Positions 14,874 to 28,734 are shown, counted from the first letter of the stretch. The stretch: DNA of 64,000 nucleotides from Paraspadella gotoi (GCA_051294375.1 CM119267.1:10163458-10227457), one strand, 5' to 3'. Notes: a model not told the origin generated them from the sequence alone. A program made the numbers and translations.

Positions 14874-15925
14874 CACGCCGAACGAAAAGAACAACGCCGT
14901 TGATTCATGGCCGTCGAGGGTAAAATAATAATTTGCGAAGAATATTTTTTTTTTCTCTTTATTTTCATCTTCCATCAAATTTCGTCGAAATATCCCTTCA
15001 AAAAAGACACAAAAAAAAACCCCTCACAACCTATTATTCTTGTTAACTATTCCTTTAAACGCTGGTCATTTCCTCGTCTCTCTTTTGCAACAAGGATCGA
15101 CTTGCCAAATGCGCCTCGATACTCGCTATTCTCCACAGTTCGTCTCCGTTACATTTTTTTTCTCAATCATACATCAAAGTTTCGCATTTTTATCGTGCGC
15201 TTCATTCGTCGTTTTTTCCTCATTTACCGGAACCAAACCGTTGTGGCTCACGGCGTACAATTCGTTTGATCAGTATTAATCAGTCTTATTATGGTTTTAT
15301 TGTTGCTGTTGTTTTTCTTATTTCGATGCCAATTATGTTCGCAGAGCAGAGTTTCGACCTCGTCCTCCCGCATCTCATCCATTGGGAGACGAGAATTTAA
15401 TAATAAGATTTAGAATATATACAAAAATTCTTAACATCCGTGAAAAAAATTTCAGACGGGGTCGCCCTTATGGAGCGCGTTTAACGCACATGGTCATGAG
15501 ATCATTATTTCCGCATCTGGGTTTGGGTGGAATAAATCCGAACCAACCCGCCGTTCCCAGGTGCCCTTTATTTTGTCTCTCGTGGTTATGATTAGACCGA
15601 CGCCCTATTTTTTTCGCCACACATATTTTTTTCCTTTCTTCCGTCTTTTTTTTTTCCATTTGTATGTGTGGAGGAGTGAATCGGGAGTTTGATCAGCCCC
15701 ACATTCGGGTTACTTCATGTGATTTGAAAACAACCCTGAATTTAAGCTTTTTTTTTTAGTTGTAACGCGGTTTGCGTTAGATACGTACATAACGAAGAAA
15801 GTTTTAAGGATTAAAATTTAAAATAAAATCCTAAATTTTGAACGAAAAACACGGACTTTCGCTCAGTTTTACCTCTCGGTAAAACTTATAAACCTTTCAC
15901 AAATCGGTTTATGCGCCAAAACCTC

Positions 15926-15968
<43 letters not shown>

Positions 15969-16560
15969 CCATCTCAGAAGGAAAAACAGATATTCCACGG
16001 GACAAAAATCCCCTAAGTCGTCTTCCTTCATTCTTTCGATTCAATAAACTCACTTCCTCTCTCCTTCTTTCTTTCCTTCTATCTTTCTTTCTATCTTTCT
16101 CTCTGTCCCTTCCCTTTAGAAATTAGAGCTTCCTTATCTTTTTTCTCATTGTGTACTTTCGACTTATGAAGTAGGAAAAAAAAATCGGCCGAAACTTTGT
16201 CCGGAGTAGACCTGAAAAAAAAATCAATTCCTTCTTTTTTTTTCATTCTCTTTCCTTTTTTTTTCCACCGAGGAGGACAACACTTTCGCGCTAATTGATT
16301 TCTGGCGGACATCGTTGCCTCCTTTCGCAACACAGCGAGAATAAGAGAGAAAGCGAAGGTTTCAACCACCTACTCGCTATCGCTAAACTTATCTATTTTT
16401 CGCTCCACAAACGAGGTGCGCGCACGCTCGCATGCACCCACTCATGAACACGCAATCCGAACATGTCTTTGCCAACGACAAACAGCTTTACAAACTAGGT
16501 TGGGAAAAAGAAAGTGTGTAAATAGATGGAAAGTTTTTTTTTCACTCCGAAACAGAAAAG

Positions 16561-16591
<31 letters not shown>

Positions 16592-17737
16592 GGAGGGAAA
16601 TGAAAAGATATGGGAGATTGGGTTTTGAAGAAACCCTTACGCGAAAAGAGAGGGGAAAAAATGGGGCGATTTGAGTCTAATTGAAAGGCAGGCTCTTTTC
16701 ATTATCTCGAAAACCTCTTGAAAAAGGTGTGGGGGAAAAACTCGAAAACTTGCTCAGCTGTGAAACTTTTCAATATTCTCTCGGGACAATTAAATTGCAT
16801 TCGGAAAAAAAAATCGCGTTTATTTTCTCGTCGGCTTCGAAATCTCGATTGCGTGTTCTTTATCGGGCGCAAACTAATTTTTGTAGATGGTTATCGAAGG
16901 GAACCTTGACGAGTGTTTGGGGAAAACTTTTACACTTAAAGCGTTTTCGAGTGCTCGACGTGAAAAAAGCTTTTCTAACGAATTTGATTATAACTTTTTT
17001 TTCCATTTGTGATTAATTTATTGATTGATTTGATTGATTGATTGGTAGTTTCCGATTGACTAATGGATTTCCCCTTTTTAAAGTTAATTGTGAAATATTT
17101 GAATAGAGGAATTTGGCTTTTTTAAAGATTAGAAGAGAATAAAATAATTTAAGTTACGATGTTTTTCATGCGCTGTAAAGATATTGGGAATTTCGGCAAT
17201 AAAAATTGAGTGGGCGTCTCTTTGCTCCCTGAATTGTTCTTTAATACGACACTTAATTATGTTTTTCTGTTTTTTTATGTCTCTCTCTCTCTCCCTCTCT
17301 CTCTCCCTAATAACGAATTCTTTTTCCTTCTTTCATTCACAGACGAAAGCGAGCACGTCTCTTTGGGCCATCGAACAAGATTGATCGGCCCCGCCTCCAA
17401 AAGTTACATCTCCCCAAGCGTCTCGTACTCTCGCTATCGACGGAAATCTCTACAGCCTTCGCGGTCCAACGAAAGGGACAACAACATCAACAACAATAAC
17501 GACGATTTCCGCGGCAGCGACAGCCGCGTCGAAAAAAAGCTCCTTCGACTCTCTCTCTCTCTCTCTCCCTCTCTTTATCGTGGTCCGTTTAGGCTGCAAC
17601 AGGCAGCTTTACTTCCCAGCCCCGCGGGTCGTCCCGCTCTTCCGTGTCTCGATCCCAGGGCCCTCTTCCTCCCCAGCCTGAATCGCGGGGCACCACCTCC
17701 TCTTCCCAACGGTCCTCCTCCTTTTTTCGTTCTCGAC

Positions 17738-17795
<58 letters not shown>

Positions 17796-18477
17796 TTCTT
17801 CGTTCTTCTCTATTTCGAAACTCAACTTTTTATTATTATTATTTCTCTCCTCTTCCTCTTCGTCGTCGCTTTCGTCGTCGTCTTCAATCCCTTCGTCGAG
17901 AGAGAGAGAAAGAAAAAGAGACTGGTCATCGGGCGACGACATTCTCGGAGACGATCCCTTCGGATTCCCCCTATCCGTTCTTTTCTCTCTCTCGTTCTCT
18001 CGCCACCCACCGTTCTATAAAAAAAAAATAAACCCAACAGCTCTTTCTTCGTCTCCCTCGTTTCGCCCTTCGACGACAAAATCGGGACTCGTCGCCGCCG
18101 ACTCATCCACGGTCCGACGCTTCCTCGCCTCCATCGTCGTCTCTTCCGTCGCCGACGAACAAACGTCTTGTCTTGTGTCTTCGGTATAAAAACTCTCCAC
18201 GTTCTTCATCATGAGTCACTCGTCGCTCAAGACTCCGTCGCCCATTGATGACAATTCGATCGCCAGGATTTACTCGCTCCCGTCTCTCTTCGTTTCTGCC
18301 ACGTGAGGCGCGAGCTTCGATTCTTGTAACGACAAAGTTCCAGGAAAAAAAAAATGACTTCGCGTTGTCGAAAAAAAATGTTTTCGATATCGGTGAAAAA
18401 TTAAACAAGAAAAGATAAACGAAACTCCAGGAAAAAAGTTTTTTTAAACTTCACGCCGGACTAATTTTCCTCCGAAT

Positions 18478-21400
18478 ATGGAATCTTTTGCCCTTCGCGT
18501 ATTTCTGCTCTCCTGCGCCATTTCGATCTGCGGCGCCAATCTCGGGGGTCTCCCGCGCATCGCGTGCCCAGCAACGTGCACGTGCCTGGGGACCAACGTG
18601 GACTGCAGTTCGAGAAAACTTTCAGAAATTCCCAAGACGCTGCCGACTTGGGCGACGACGCTGGACCTTCGGGACAACCAACTTTCCGGCGTCGTTCCCA
18701 ACGGCGCCTTTCGTTCCTTGAAGATGTTGAGGGCGTTGGACATGTCGGAAAATTCCGTGAGCGGCGTCGCCGAGGACGCCTTACCTCCCGGATTGAAACG
18801 GCTCGTCCTCTCCAAAAATCAATTTCGAGAGATTCCTTTTCTCAAAAAAGGCGCCAACGTCACGGAACTCGTCCTGCAACACAACAGGATTCGATCGTGG
18901 AACCCGCGGGCGTTGGAAGTTTTGCCCAATTTGAAAACCCTCGACTTGAGTCACAACAAGCTGGCGAGATTTCCGAAGAAAGCGTTCGCGCCGAACAACT
19001 CGCTGACTCAACTCATCCTCAATCACAACAAAATCGCGAGTATCGAAAAAGGCAGTTTGGATAATCTTACTCGACTTGAACTGTTGAAACTCAGCAAGAA
19101 TAAAATCTCCTCCCTGCCGAAAAACATATTTAAAAAAAGCGGCGCCTTGAAGGTGTTGGATCTGAGCCGAAATCGCATTCGCGTTCTCGACGGACTTATT
19201 TTTCACGGACTAGAAAACGTGGAGGTGCTGAAGCTCAAACGCAACCACATCTCCACCCTGATGGACGGCTGCTTTTGGGGACTGGAAAAGATTCAGTATC
19301 TTCAGATGGATTACAACAACGTCTCTTCCATCGCCAAGGAATGGCTCTACGGATTGAGCAACTTAAACCAACTCACCCTCTCCGCCAATCGCATCAGTCG
19401 AATCGATCCGCAGGGGTGGAGCTTTACCCAGGGATTGATGGACCTGGATTTAGCGCAAAACGAGATCGATAAAATCAACACCGACACCTTCCACAAACTC
19501 TCTTCTCTTCAAAACTTATACCTCGACAACAACGAGATTAGCAGCATCGAGAATCAAGCCTTCAGCGAACTGCACAACCTTCAGGTCCTCGAGCTGCAGG
19601 GAAACAGAATTTCGTGGACGCTCGAAGACATGAACGGGCCTTTTTTGGGTCTGGAAAACCTGATCCATTTGGGCCTGAAATCAAACGAAATCAAAACTAT
19701 TTCGAAAGATTCGTTTCTCGGTCTCTCGAGTCTCCGCCACTTAGACTTGTCCGACAACCAAATTTCTTCCATCCAGTACAACGCATTTGAGGACATGACT
19801 GAACTGCTAAAACTGCGCCTCAACTCCTCGAATTTGCTGTGCGACTGCCACCTCAATTGGTTCCCACGATATGTGCAAGAAAAGCGCTTCGAGAAGAACG
19901 TCGTCGGAAGCTGCATTCACCCGGAGCCTTTGAAAGGGCGCTCCATCTTGGAGGTGCCTCAGGATGAGTTCAAGTGCGACGACTTTCCAAAACCCATCAT
20001 TAGGTCCGAACCCAAGGACAAGATCGCGTTAAGAGGCGAGAATCACACACTGGAGTGCACGGCCGCCTCGTCCTCTTCGGCGCCCATGAATTATCAGTGG
20101 AAGAAGAACGACGCGCCAATGGAATCCGTCGAGGTGGAACATTTCGTCACGGCGTCCAAGGACGAGTCCGTCACCATCTTCACCACTCGCCTTCGTCTGT
20201 TCCACATCAGGGATTCCGACGCAGGAATATATCAGTGCGTCATCAGCAACCAGTTCGGTGCTTCCTACTCCAAACGCGCCGCCATTCACGTGTATACCCT
20301 TCCCATTTTCATCAAAACTCCCGTCCACGTCACGGTTTATCCAGGATCTACGGCTCGTTTCGAATGCGCCGCCGACGGCTCGCCGAAACCGGAAGTGGCG
20401 TGGCAAAAGGACGGAGGCGACGATTTCCCCGCCGCCCGCGAGCGTCGCATGCACGTGATGGCTTCCGACGTTTTCTTCATCACCAATGCCAAGCTCGACG
20501 ACGAGGGCGTCTACACGTGCAAAGCGACCAACGCGGCGGGAGTGGTCTACACCAACGCCTCGCTCAGCCTCGTGCGGGTGAAGGAAGTGTCGACGTCGCC
20601 CAAGAACGGCGTCACGACGACACCGAGGGGCGGGTCGAACTCGCCAACCATCGATCCCTTAACGACGACCGGCATCGTCGTCATCGCGGTCGTCTGCTGC
20701 GTCATCTGCACATCACTCGTTTGGGTATGCGTCATCTACCAATCGCGCCGAAAAAAGGAGGAGTGCTCGACGAGCGGCACCGAGGAGACGTCGGTCTCCG
20801 ACTCCGGCAACGGCGGCAGCCGATTTCACATCCCGTCCTCCCGCTCCGTCGCTTCTCTCTCGCATTGCCAGTACGGCGTTCCGCCAATATACAGCGCCTT
20901 GGGACTCGAACAATACCAAGCGATGGTTCCCACCTGTCACCTTAACCCCCAACGACCCTTCACTTATCCCTGGGTCGTAATTCCCGCCGAAGGCAAAACC
21001 AAACCTTATCCCGCTTCGGCTTTAGCGTCGGGACCGCCCCAGATCGCCAAAAGGGACGCCTACGCTTACACCCAACAACGCTTACCTCCTCGGTCTCTCG
21101 TCGACGCGTATTTGGAAAGACCGAGAGCGGTGGAGGAAGAGGAAACCGACTCCGCTCGGAACTCGGCCCCGGGCGCGGACTCAAACCTGTCGCCGAACGA
21201 CTTTCAATCGCTTCAGGTCGCCGCGGGGGGGAATCCCCAAATCCGCGGCCACTGGGGGCGGGGAGATTCGAGAACGGAGGCGGCGGGGTCGGAGGAGGAC
21301 GCCGCCACGCCGTTGCTCTTCGGGAAACCGCCGGAGGGTTCTTCGATCCTCCAACAACAACTTGCGCCTTCGAACTATAAACAATCGGGTCAAGAACCTC

Positions 21401-21822
21401 GGCAATGCAGCGTCGATCGTTCTCCTCTTCGCGATCCGCGGGAAAATCGCGAGCTCTTGCAAAACTTTATCCCATCAAACGCCAGTAGCGAGGGGGCGCG
21501 AGGCGCCCGACCGCCTCAGTACAACGACGACCTCAGCAGCAGCATTAGTAACGTTCGTGTGCAATGCGACGAAGATGACGAGGAAACAGACTCGCCTCGC
21601 TCTTCGTCCGCGAAACAAACTCTCTCCTCGGATCGAGACGCGACTCCAACGACGTCCTCCAGAAGTCGCTCTCCCGACGGAGAAGAAGGCGATTGCAAGC
21701 CCTGCCTTTCTAAGTCATTTTCGGATTCCGTGGATCGAGACCTTACCCCCTCGAGCTTTTTCAACAACAACAACAACAACCATCTCCCAGTTACCAGTTT
21801 TCCTCCAGCCCCCAATCTCTGA
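18478..21822 (+). CDS. LRIG: Leucine-rich repeats and immunoglobulin-like domains protein (LRIG / Drosophila lambik family), single coding exon
   Basis: 1114-aa ORF: signal peptide, LRRNT (CPATCTCLGTNVDC), ~15 LRRs, LRRCT (LLCDCHLNW...CDDFPKP), Ig domains including the LRIG hallmark WQKDGGDDFPAARERRMHV, TM GIVVIAVVCCVICTSLVWVCVIY and a low-complexity cytoplasmic tail. Confidence 0.93.
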   Translation: MESFALRVFLLSCAISICGANLGGLPRIACPATCTCLGTNVDCSSRKLSEIPKTLPTWATTLDLRDNQLSGVVPNGAFRSLKMLRALDMSENSVSGVAEDALPPGLKRLVLSKNQFREIPFLKKGANVTELVLQHNRIRSWNPRALEVLPNLKTLDLSHNKLARFPKKAFAPNNSLTQLILNHNKIASIEKGSLDNLTRLELLKLSKNKISSLPKNIFKKSGALKVLDLSRNRIRVLDGLIFHGLENVEVLKLKRNHISTLMDGCFWGLEKIQYLQMDYNNVSSIAKEWLYGLSNLNQLTLSANRISRIDPQGWSFTQGLMDLDLAQNEIDKINTDTFHKLSSLQNLYLDNNEISSIENQAFSELHNLQVLELQGNRISWTLEDMNGPFLGLENLIHLGLKSNEIKTISKDSFLGLSSLRHLDLSDNQISSIQYNAFEDMTELLKLRLNSSNLLCDCHLNWFPRYVQEKRFEKNVVGSCIHPEPLKGRSILEVPQDEFKCDDFPKPIIRSEPKDKIALRGENHTLECTAASSSSAPMNYQWKKNDAPMESVEVEHFVTASKDESVTIFTTRLRLFHIRDSDAGIYQCVISNQFGASYSKRAAIHVYTLPIFIKTPVHVTVYPGSTARFECAADGSPKPEVAWQKDGGDDFPAARERRMHVMASDVFFITNAKLDDEGVYTCKATNAAGVVYTNASLSLVRVKEVSTSPKNGVTTTPRGGSNSPTIDPLTTTGIVVIAVVCCVICTSLVWVCVIYQSRRKKEECSTSGTEETSVSDSGNGGSRFHIPSSRSVASLSHCQYGVPPIYSALGLEQYQAMVPTCHLNPQRPFTYPWVVIPAEGKTKPYPASALASGPPQIAKRDAYAYTQQRLPPRSLVDAYLERPRAVEEEETDSARNSAPGADSNLSPNDFQSLQVAAGGNPQIRGHWGRGDSRTEAAGSEEDAATPLLFGKPPEGSSILQQQLAPSNYKQSGQEPRQCSVDRSPLRDPRENRELLQNFIPSNASSEGARGARPPQYNDDLSSSISNVRVQCDEDDEETDSPRSSSAKQTLSSDRDATPTTSSRSRSPDGEEGDCKPCLSKSFSDSVDRDLTPSSFFNNNNNNHLPVTSFPPAPNL

Positions 21823-22823
21823 ACTGAATCGGAACTTAAAATTAACCAGTGTTATGTTAATTAATTTAATTGCTTTATGCTATTATTATTACTTTTTGTT
21901 CATATTGTTTCTAAAGAGAAACATTAATTGACCTGCGAAAAGTTGCAAAAAATTTTTCTGCAATCATTCGTTTCCATGGCTACATTACGCTTTAAAGACA
22001 AAGAAATTTGAGCGCTCATTTAAATTGTTTTCCTTTTGTGTAGTACTTGGACTTTGATAGTGAGAAAGTTCATAACTTGACTGTACTTTTAAATAATATA
22101 TACGAAAGCATTATCGTTATCTGTAACGGAAACGCTGAGACAGGAAAAAGTTTAAAGTTTAAAGTTTTTATTCAATGTCATAATTTTTGTGAGTTAAAAA
22201 ATTTGTGTGAAACTTGTTAAAGCTACTATGTACTTCCAAATAGTTCTTTGAATCTCGTTAAAATTTTATCGTTCTTCCAAAATAAAGTCATACTCATTAT
22301 CTGCGCCGATTTTCATTAAATTGTGATAGGTCGCAATAATAATAAAATCCATACCATAGTTTCTCATTCGGAGGTGGATTAAGCTCGCGGTATATATAAA
22401 AGTATTTGGAACATTCGTACGTAAAAAGTTCTTATTTTTAACAAGGGAAAGAATCATAGACTGTTAAAAATATAGAGGAAAACAAATAACACCGTTAGTT
22501 GGATATAAAATAGTTTTTTCGATTTAATCTAGAATGAATGAGTTAATTTTTAATAGTCTTTATTAATTTTTTAACATTCTGAACATCAAAATTAGTTGGA
22601 AATATGGCATTCTGTCTGAAATCGTCACGAATGGCTGTAACTTCCCACAGAAGCAGGGAATCATGGTTACTTTATAAATAAAATATTTAACAAAACCCAA
22701 TTCAAAAATTAGACAGAGTCATGGCATGCATTGTTTATTTTAGTTAAAAACGTCAAATTGGGGCAAAAGTGCAGTTATTGATGCCAATATTTTGTTACCG
22801 ATCCATAACTCTCTGGACTGGGT

Positions 22824-23455
22824 AGTAGAGTGGAGCACTCAAGAACAAAAAATTTATTTGAGTGATCGAACAATGATATTTAGATGTGAAATAGTAAGAT
22901 TAACTAGTACAAAAAATATTTGGTTCATATTATCTCGGGAACAGAATAGTAAAATATAATATATTTGTAGTAATATCCTTATAAAATAGTAAATTTTAAA
23001 AATAATTTTTATAAAACTTTTAATAAAGATTCAGATTCTTCATAAAAAGTTGAATCAAAAATATAAAACATGTTATCAAAAATTCTGTCATCTTCAACGT
23101 TTAAAATAAGAAAAAAGGTAAAAATTCATGACTTTTTTATTCTCTGTAGTAAAAACTTATATATGTTAAAACGTTTTAGTCATTTTTTGTGATCTAAACA
23201 TTAAAATATCATATAACATATTTTATAAAAGTTTCTTAGTTTTTTACAGCGAATCCAAATCAGTTCTTAAAAATAAAAAAATATTATTTTGAAATTTGAA
23301 GATTTTATAAGGATATTACTACATAAATAATTGAATTTGCTATACTGTTATGCTAAAAAAATTTTTAAAAAAATTTAAAATTCATTAATTACATGTCTAT
23401 AGGCAGCAAAAAAATAATGTTCAATCACTCAATCTTTTCATCACTCCACCCTACT
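22824..23455. mobile_element. AT-rich MITE-like element
   Basis: Terminal inverted AGTAGAGTGGAG / CTCCACCCTACT and inner inverted TTGAGTGATCGAACA / TGTTCAATCACTCAA; no ORF. Confidence 0.55.
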
Positions 23456-24058
23456 GGGTAGCCCCACTCAATGGGGTGAGTCAAAAATTTAGAATGATTA
23501 CATGCTCAAACGAAAATTTATACATTTTGAAGTATACTTTCAATGAACAAAACATTTCTTATGTGGCTCTATACCCAAAAAAATATTTTTTTAATATTTA
23601 TTTATAAATGGGAAAGGCCAAAATTTTTTTGATAATTTAAGTTTAAGTTTAAGACCAGATTCAGATAGCTCATAAAAAGTTGTCTACACAAAGTATAATT
23701 CTTTTTTAAATATTTTCATGATAAGTGAGTCAAAAATAAGAAAAACCGTAAAAAATCATCATCATCTTTCGATGATTTTATCAGTTTTTTTATATTTTCA
23801 CATAGAAAACGTAAGAATTTTTAAAAGCTGTAATTATATTTCTTGTTTAACTTTTTATGCTCTATCAGAATCCATCAAAAAATTTTAAGATTTCAAATTT
23901 TTTTTTATAATGTAAAAAAAGACAAGTAATATTTAATGTATAAGACATATAATTTACATTTTTTTTTGAAAATGATTGCTTAAATATTTAGTCAAGACAA
24001 CTAAAAATACTTTGCTAATAGTCGAAATTTTTATTATCTCTGGAGTTGGTCCCTACCT
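23456..24058. mobile_element. Adjacent degenerate MITE-like element
   Basis: Imperfect ends GGTAGCCCCACTC / GAGTTGGTCCCTACC. Internal inverted motif GATTCAGATAGCTCATAAAAAGTT / AACTTTTTATGCTCTATCAGAATC resembles those in the 22.8-kb and 52.5-kb elements. Confidence 0.45.
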
Positions 24059-24480
24059 ATGTAGTCACTCCTTTTCCTCGGCTCTTTTTTGATTCCCTCA
24101 TTTCAATATGTTCCTACGTTCACTGAACGACGATCAGAAAACCTCGAACTAGTATTTGTTGTGAATTAAAAAGTACTGCACTTATACCTTAAATTCAATA
24201 AGTGTTTTCCTCTTAAAATAAATCAATTGTAATCTAAGTAACTAAACATTACTGTCATTAAATTGAAATTAACAATCCTTATTGCAAGAGTTCTTTCGTC
24301 ACTGCCGTTATTCGTCTCAATTTTTCTTTTCATTCACTGATTCAGTCACAGAACTTTGTTCGAATATGAAACCTTTTCTCTCTCGTCCTAGATTTTAAGA
24401 AAACTAATTGTTAAAAGAAAATAAGGGGTTCTCAAGCTTGGGACAAAGGGATCAAAGGTGTGTGCTTTACGTGAAAAGGG

Positions 24481-24533
<53 letters not shown>

Positions 24534-25892
24534 GCAGAGGAAAGCGAAAAGCTCGTCCAGATGTTACGATGCTGGGAAAGTGTCCCGAATGTACTAAACC
24601 TACATAAAGAGGAACTCAAAAGCCCAGAAAATTCGACAAAGTATATTTGTTCTAAAATAGAAGCGCAAACGAGATTGAATCAGTTCGAGCTCATTTTGTT
24701 TTAAATCACGAAGACACAATTCTCTATTTTTTCAGTAATCATGAAGACGCTGACTCAATTCATCGTTCTCAAATCTCAATGTGCTACCGTCATACCGTAG
24801 TGAACCGTACTCTCTGTTCGATTCATCAGAATTCGTAAAATGCAATGAAAAACCATGAACAGATCCCGCGGAAAAAAGAAGAGAGTGGGACCGCTAAAAG
24901 ATTATTATAGTAGCTGCATGAAAATGACAATAACGAATTAATAAAATACATATTGTGTTAAAACTTCACTTTCAAACTCTAGGCATCTTACACAATACAC
25001 AGTTTGGGATAATTTTACATTCACCGACGGCAACTGAACCATGCGCTTTTTTAAAAAAAATTTGTAAAAAAAAGTTTTTTCATAGAAATAATTGATATCT
25101 TTAAATATTATAGAAAAATAATTAAAACAGATAACATCTTATAGAGTAAAAAATAGGTTGTATAATAGTGTAAACAGATATTAGTTTTAATAATTATTTT
25201 AAAAGCTATAAATTATTAAATAATAAAAAATTTAGAACAAAAGAATAATTTTAATGCAAAAAAGCTAAAATCTAAATTTTAAATTCAAATCCATATGTAA
25301 CTTTTTTTTAATTATCCACTATAAAAAGTATTAGTTTAATAAAAGCTACAGGGTTTTTAGCTTTTTTGGAATAATTTAAAGTCCATATAATTTTTTAAAA
25401 AATGAATAAAATCATACAATTAAAACATTCTTTGAAATATTATACCACTTCATGGATAGGGAAACCAGGTTCTTTGGAAAGGAATAAACGAAACTGTAAG
25501 AGAGTTTTGATTGAAAGCTTGTAAGAGGGATAAAAGCCTTAAACTACCAAAGCTTATCAAAAATTAGGGGCAAAATAGCTTATTTATTAAATAAATAGAT
25601 AATTTTATATTTTTGCTCTATAGGATGATATTTGTCTTAATTATTTTTTTACAATATTTTAAAAGCAGTAAAAAAAAAGATTTAACTTAAAAATACTAAA
25701 AATTATATTTTTCAAAAACTAAAAGTATTCATTTGATTTGGATAAATGGTGTTTAAAATAAAGCGTTTTGTATGCCTTTGAAGATGACATCGGTTAAATC
25801 TTATTTCGTCCACTATTTTTAACGATATCACTCATTTTTTTATGAAAAAATATGTTCTTTTACAGATTTTAAAAAGTTGCAAATGAAAAGAT

Positions 25893-26080
25893 AGTAATTA
25901 TTGTTATGTGTTAGTAACATAAGCGTTCAATATAAGCAGTCCCTGAGCTTCAGATCAGGCTGTATTACCGTATTACAGGCGGATTAAGAGCCCCATCCAT
26001 CCTAACTGCTTAGCGACCACAGGGCTAGAACCCCAGTCCTTTGGGTTAGGAGGCGAATGACTTGCCTCCTGCACCAAAGG
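25893..26080 (-). mobile_element. tRNA-Gly-derived SINE-like element (family A), diverged and truncated copy
   Basis: Homologous to 39092-39326 and 48066-48301 (GTTCAATATAAGCAGTCCCTGAGCTTC...GGGCTAGAACCCC...). Confidence 0.8.
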
Positions 26081-28734
26081 ATTTTAGTTACCAAACAAAC
26101 ACTTTTTTAAAAATGAAGATAAATAAAAATTAATAACATCTTGCCAAGATGTTAGATTCTAGGGGACCAATTTGTACTATAGTGCTAAATACTATGAAAC
26201 AGTTTTGAAAATCTGCTAAAACCTAGTAATTTATTTTAAAAGTAATTATTGTTAAGGGTAGCTAACGTTAAGGGGAGTTATTCTTTTTTTTTACTGAAAA
26301 CAATGTATTGAAATTAAAATATTCTTCTTAATTTTTTTTACAATGAGTTTGAAATTGAATTATTAAATAAAAGGTGAAAAATTCTTTAAAAAAAGCTGCT
26401 GGAAAGCAAGCGCACCAGTTATTATGATGTAAAGTAATCTCAACTAGTTATAGAGGAACAAAAACGTCAGAGAATTTTTTAACTAATGAACTGATCAAAT
26501 ATCAATAATATTGAATCGGTTAAGAGTAATAACAAATCTTTTCATTTCACTCCGATTTGAAATCCGTGTATGAGTAAAATTCTCGTTTCGACCGTGACGA
26601 AAGCAAAGCGTCTTGTATTTAACATTCGCAATAAACCCAATCATGCATGAGCTCGACTCGTTTCGCTGAAAAGGAGGAAGGACGTATCACAAAGAGAGAA
26701 ATGAGAAAAGAGAATCGCGCTGAGGTTTATGAGAAAAGCGGCCTGCGGGCTTTAGAACGAAGTCACCGAATCATGAGTCACGCCGCGTCACGTGATCTAA
26801 TCACGCGGCGACTCTTGAGCCTAACATCAACTAGTGGTAAAAATTGCTTCGGAATGGGGCAGAGGGAGAGAAAGTTGTTGGCAGGCACCAACGCTGTTGA
26901 AAAAGGGGAGTGCGGTTTTGCAAGGGACCGTGCGGAATTGAAGGGGGCCGAAGAAGCCGCCCCTTAAAAAAATATATGTCCGCTTATTTTAACTGGAATT
27001 AAATCAACATAATTATGTAAAGCCTGCTTCGAAGCAGCTGCGAACATAAGTAATGAAGCTAAAAAAAAAGAAAATTTTTATATTCAATTGATTCTCTTAG
27101 CAACGGACCACCTGTCGTTGGATCAACATTAATCACTTACTCGTTAAAGCGGTTAAACGTATAACTGTAAATTCAATTTAAGAATTACCCAAAAGAAGAC
27201 TCAAATCTCCCCTAATTACTGAGGCCGCAGATTATCGAGACTTAAAACAAATCCATCGACTGAGAAACTTGAAATTTTTTAAACAAATATAAACAGGACG
27301 AATTTTGACTAATATATTTCTAAAACTTTTCTCTCTAAAATTAGTTAAACCGAGGATAATTATTGCTGTCTTTCGTGAGTAAGGAGCAGGATGGCTAATT
27401 TAAACTCATTTTCATTCTTTCCCTTTGCTAAGTATGAACCTATTAATTAGTTCCAATTTTCTCTCCGCTGGTGAACCCGACTAAAAAGAGAAATCACTTT
27501 TTTTAAAAAAAATTAGTCAAAAAGGGAAAGCCAAAGGAAAAGGAAAGGGTAAGCTAAATATTAAAACGCAGATACAATAAAGTAGCAGCGAATGTATTTT
27601 GTTCAACTAAGATACAGAAGCAAAATCGTCAAAACCGCAATAACCTCGATTTTCACGATTCCCGCGTGGATTTTTTTTTACGCGTCATGATCACGTCACT
27701 TTCCATTACGCGGGCCCTCTGACGTCATCTCGCCGCCGCATTTCTCCGCCTCCCCCCCCCAAATCTTCCCCCTCGCTCTCCCATCTTCTCCCTCCTTGAT
27801 TATGCAAATCGGCCCCCTCGTCCGACCGCGCTGCGCATTTTCCGTTTGAGAAATCGGGAGATGGAAGACCTGTTGTCAAAGAAAACCCAATCGAATGGTT
27901 CGTTATTCTTTGACTTGACTGCAGGAATTTTATCTTCGTAACGGGATCCCTCAACATTCACAAAAACCCGTTTACACTTATTGGATTAATTGTAATACTT
28001 AACCTAAAGACATTGCCCTAAAATAAAACCATAGTGGATAACGATAGACGGAGGGCATCAGCTTTACAGAGTCACGTGACCTTGGTGAGTCACGAATTCG
28101 TTGAGACGTTGGAATGCAACGAAAAAAAACGAGTGACTTGAAGGGAATCTGTTCATTTCGGAAGAATGGACAAATATTTAAACTAATATCAATAATTATG
28201 CGTTTTTTAATGCAGCTTTTAATGCAGCTAATCATTTTATTGAGGCAAACTTTTACAAAAAACGTGATGCCCACATTTTACACATTTTATTGCTTATAAG
28301 AAAGAACGTGACATCTCAATCGAAGTAAAATAAAATAAAAAATTCCCTCAAAAATATATACAAATACAATAATTTCAAAGAACGTTCCAATTTTACCTCG
28401 CCATTATGCGCAAGTTTACGTTTCTTTTTTACAGAAATGGAACAGTATTGATTCAATTCAATTAATTCAAAAGTTAAATAAAATTATGTAAAACAATAAC
28501 GCCTCTTAACATGTAATGATACTGATAGGGCCGTCTTTTTTAAAACGTTCGTAATATCAAAATCTTCACTATTCAAGGGCTGTTCCTGAATAATTACTGC
28601 TCAAAATCAAATGTATCTGGGATCAACCAGTATTAAAACAGCTTATAGTTAATAAAATTTAAACTTGAAATTAAACTAAAAATTTGAATATATTCCAAAA
28701 ACTAAACGGAAACGAAGTGAAGAGAAGATAAATG

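Noticed and set aside
18488-21931. Alternative-frame and antisense ORFs overlapping LRIG
   Set aside because: Shadow ORFs of a GC-rich coding exon.
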